A stretch of 63,983 nt of DNA from Eledone cirrhosa (taxonomy: Eukaryota): positions 61,566,018-61,630,000 of the forward strand of contig OZ024740.1 of assembly GCA_964016885.1 (NCBI GenBank), read 5' to 3'. Made by a program: the position numbers and the translations under genes. Each line of letters opens with the position of its first letter. Position 1 is the stretch's first letter. Positions 61,993-63,983 of the stretch are shown one piece after another. The notes below the pieces were generated by a model. It saw only the letters and a program-made list of their open reading frames with translations. It was not told the origin of the DNA and searched no databases.

Positions 61993-63983
61993 TTAAGCTG
62001 ATGTTTAGAACATAAATTAACAAAGGTTCTTACATAGAATCATGATGGAAAAACATACTTTTAGATAAATATACTTGAAAATAAATAGTTTTGTACAATA
62101 AAACTAATGATAGTTTCAGGAGGCTTGGTATCATAAGGGTTAATAAATTGTGTGTCCATGAGACTAGGCTACTTAATATTCAGTGGCCCAGTTCACCTAG
62201 TCCATCTTGCTATAAATTAGGAAATTAAGGCCATACAGAATGTTTGCAGTTCATTTTATTGATGTAGGTTGCATTTGTGATAAATTGGTGTTAACATATT
62301 TATTGCATAAAACAGTGACAGTAATCCCCCTCCTCCTCCTCCTCCTCCTCCTCCTCCTCCTCCTCCTCCAAGAATTATAATAATCATTAATATTATCAAT
62401 ACCATTGTCTTTGTTATCAACATCAACATCATTATCAGTACTTAATCAGAGCCACTGACTTCTCAAATGGGCCACGGACCACATCATGCTTACTTGTGTT
62501 CTCTGTATCATTCGCCCCAAGTGCATTTTCATGGCACCAGTATTAGAGAGGTTGTGATGTCTCTGGTACAACTGAAGCATCCTCTAGACAAGTTTTTTAT
62601 AGCTGGATACCCTTCCTGTTACCAACCACTTTTTACAAAGTGTACTGGGTGTGTTTCATTGTGTCACCAACACTAGAAAGATTGTCATGCCCAAAACTAA
62701 AGAGTCCTTTCAACCCTTTGGTTGGCATGGTTTCTACAGATGGATGCCCTTTCTATCACCAACCACCTTATAGGGTGTACTTCTGAGTACATTTATCATT
62801 GCACTAGAGATGTCAGTCATTGACAAGACTGAAGAGCCCTCCCTACCCTATGGTTGGGGATAAGGGACAATAGCTGGGAGGAAGAGAAGTATGTTATGGG
62901 TGTATTATGGTTGTGTTAGGATAAAGGGAATGGGTGAGAAAACTTTTCATGGGTGATTATGATAGGTGTGGTGGGATTTGACATATTGACAAGAGGGAAG
63001 GGAGTGGTCTTAGACAGGGTGTACAGTGGTGATGTGAACAGTTATGGCTAGTGCATTAGGATTTAAACAGGGTGGAGATGGTCCTAGGTAGAGTAGTAAT
63101 GGGGGTGAGTGGAGTGTACAGTGATGATGAGGATAGTTACTATAGGTGCGGAGGTAGAACATGGATGGGTCAGATAACATTTTTGTGCTGGTAGGCAGAT
63201 CTTCTTCAGTACATGTCACCAATCCTAGTGGTCCTATATCGCTGTCATGAGGTTCAACTTAACTATTTCTTCCCATGTTTTCTAAGGGGTATCTCTTCCT
63301 CAGGCCCCTTCCATTAAAATTTTTCTGGACTTCTTTATTCAGCTGTCATTTTCGATACACATCACATGTCTAAACCAATGTCCAAGAGGTTAGTAGCCCC
63401 GCTTCAGTACTGACTTGGTCTATGTAGAACCATCCAACCCTTGCTAGTAGAGAAACCAAATGATGATGATGATATATATATATATATATAAATGAGTATA
63501 TGTATTTATATCCTTGTTTATGTGTTCGGCACAACACCTCAAGTTACAAAAAAAGAAAAAAAACATCTTAAGTATTAGACTAAAATAATTATTGGGTTCA
63601 CTTTGATCACTTGGAAAAAAACACCTCTAAAGCTTATACCCCAACATGGATGCAGTTCAATGTCTGTAACCATTAAAAGAATAAAACTAAAACACAATGG
63701 AGTACTGCTCCCACATCTGGGGCAGTGCTATTGTTACAGTGATATCCAGAGAAAAAAAGCCACTTGGCTAATCAGTTTAGAGTTACTCATTTCTCTGTCA
63801 CTCATCACTCATGTTGTGTCCATCCTCATTTGCTGCCCTAACCACTATGCAGTCCTTCCTGTCCAGAATGTTTGCCATCTGGATCTCTCACCCTGGTCAT
63901 GTCTCTGATCCATAGATAAGCTACCTTCTCCCTTCACCTCTTCTACTGTTGGTATAATGATCTCTGCTGAAAGTTTACTTAAT

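Overview
Eukaryotic, AT-rich, repeat-dominated animal DNA. The SINE, RTE and CR1 families and dense (TA)n/(CA)n tracts suggest a cephalopod such as Octopus (inference). No host protein-coding exon can be confidently called. Main contents, in order: (1) a full-length young CsRn1-clade Ty3/Gypsy LTR retrotransposon (271-6166); (2) a non-autonomous Helitron with reiterated 5' ends, inserted in a minisatellite (6609-8028); (3) a Neptune-type Penelope-like element (9519-15672) with an intact RT/GIY-YIG ORF, an upstream ORF1 overlapping it in the -1 frame with an in-phase U_UUU_UUA slippery heptamer, inverted pseudo-LTRs and a non-canonical hammerhead-like motif; (4) a solo LTR; (5) several spacer-poor foldback palindromes in (TA)n, two of them associated with hammerhead ribozyme motifs; (6) three large RTE-clade LINE copies with a PHD finger inside the RT region, plus their partner SINE; (7) a second abundant tRNA-SINE; (8) piggyBac-type and Tc1/mariner-type MITEs, a hATm-like transposase relic, and Expander-type RTE and CR1 fragments; (9) a decayed Tx1/L1 element (~56.1-60.8 kb). 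The best candidate for undescribed biology is the two-ORF, apparently frameshift-expressed Penelope-like element and its variant ribozyme. All coordinates and identities were read by eye, not computed.
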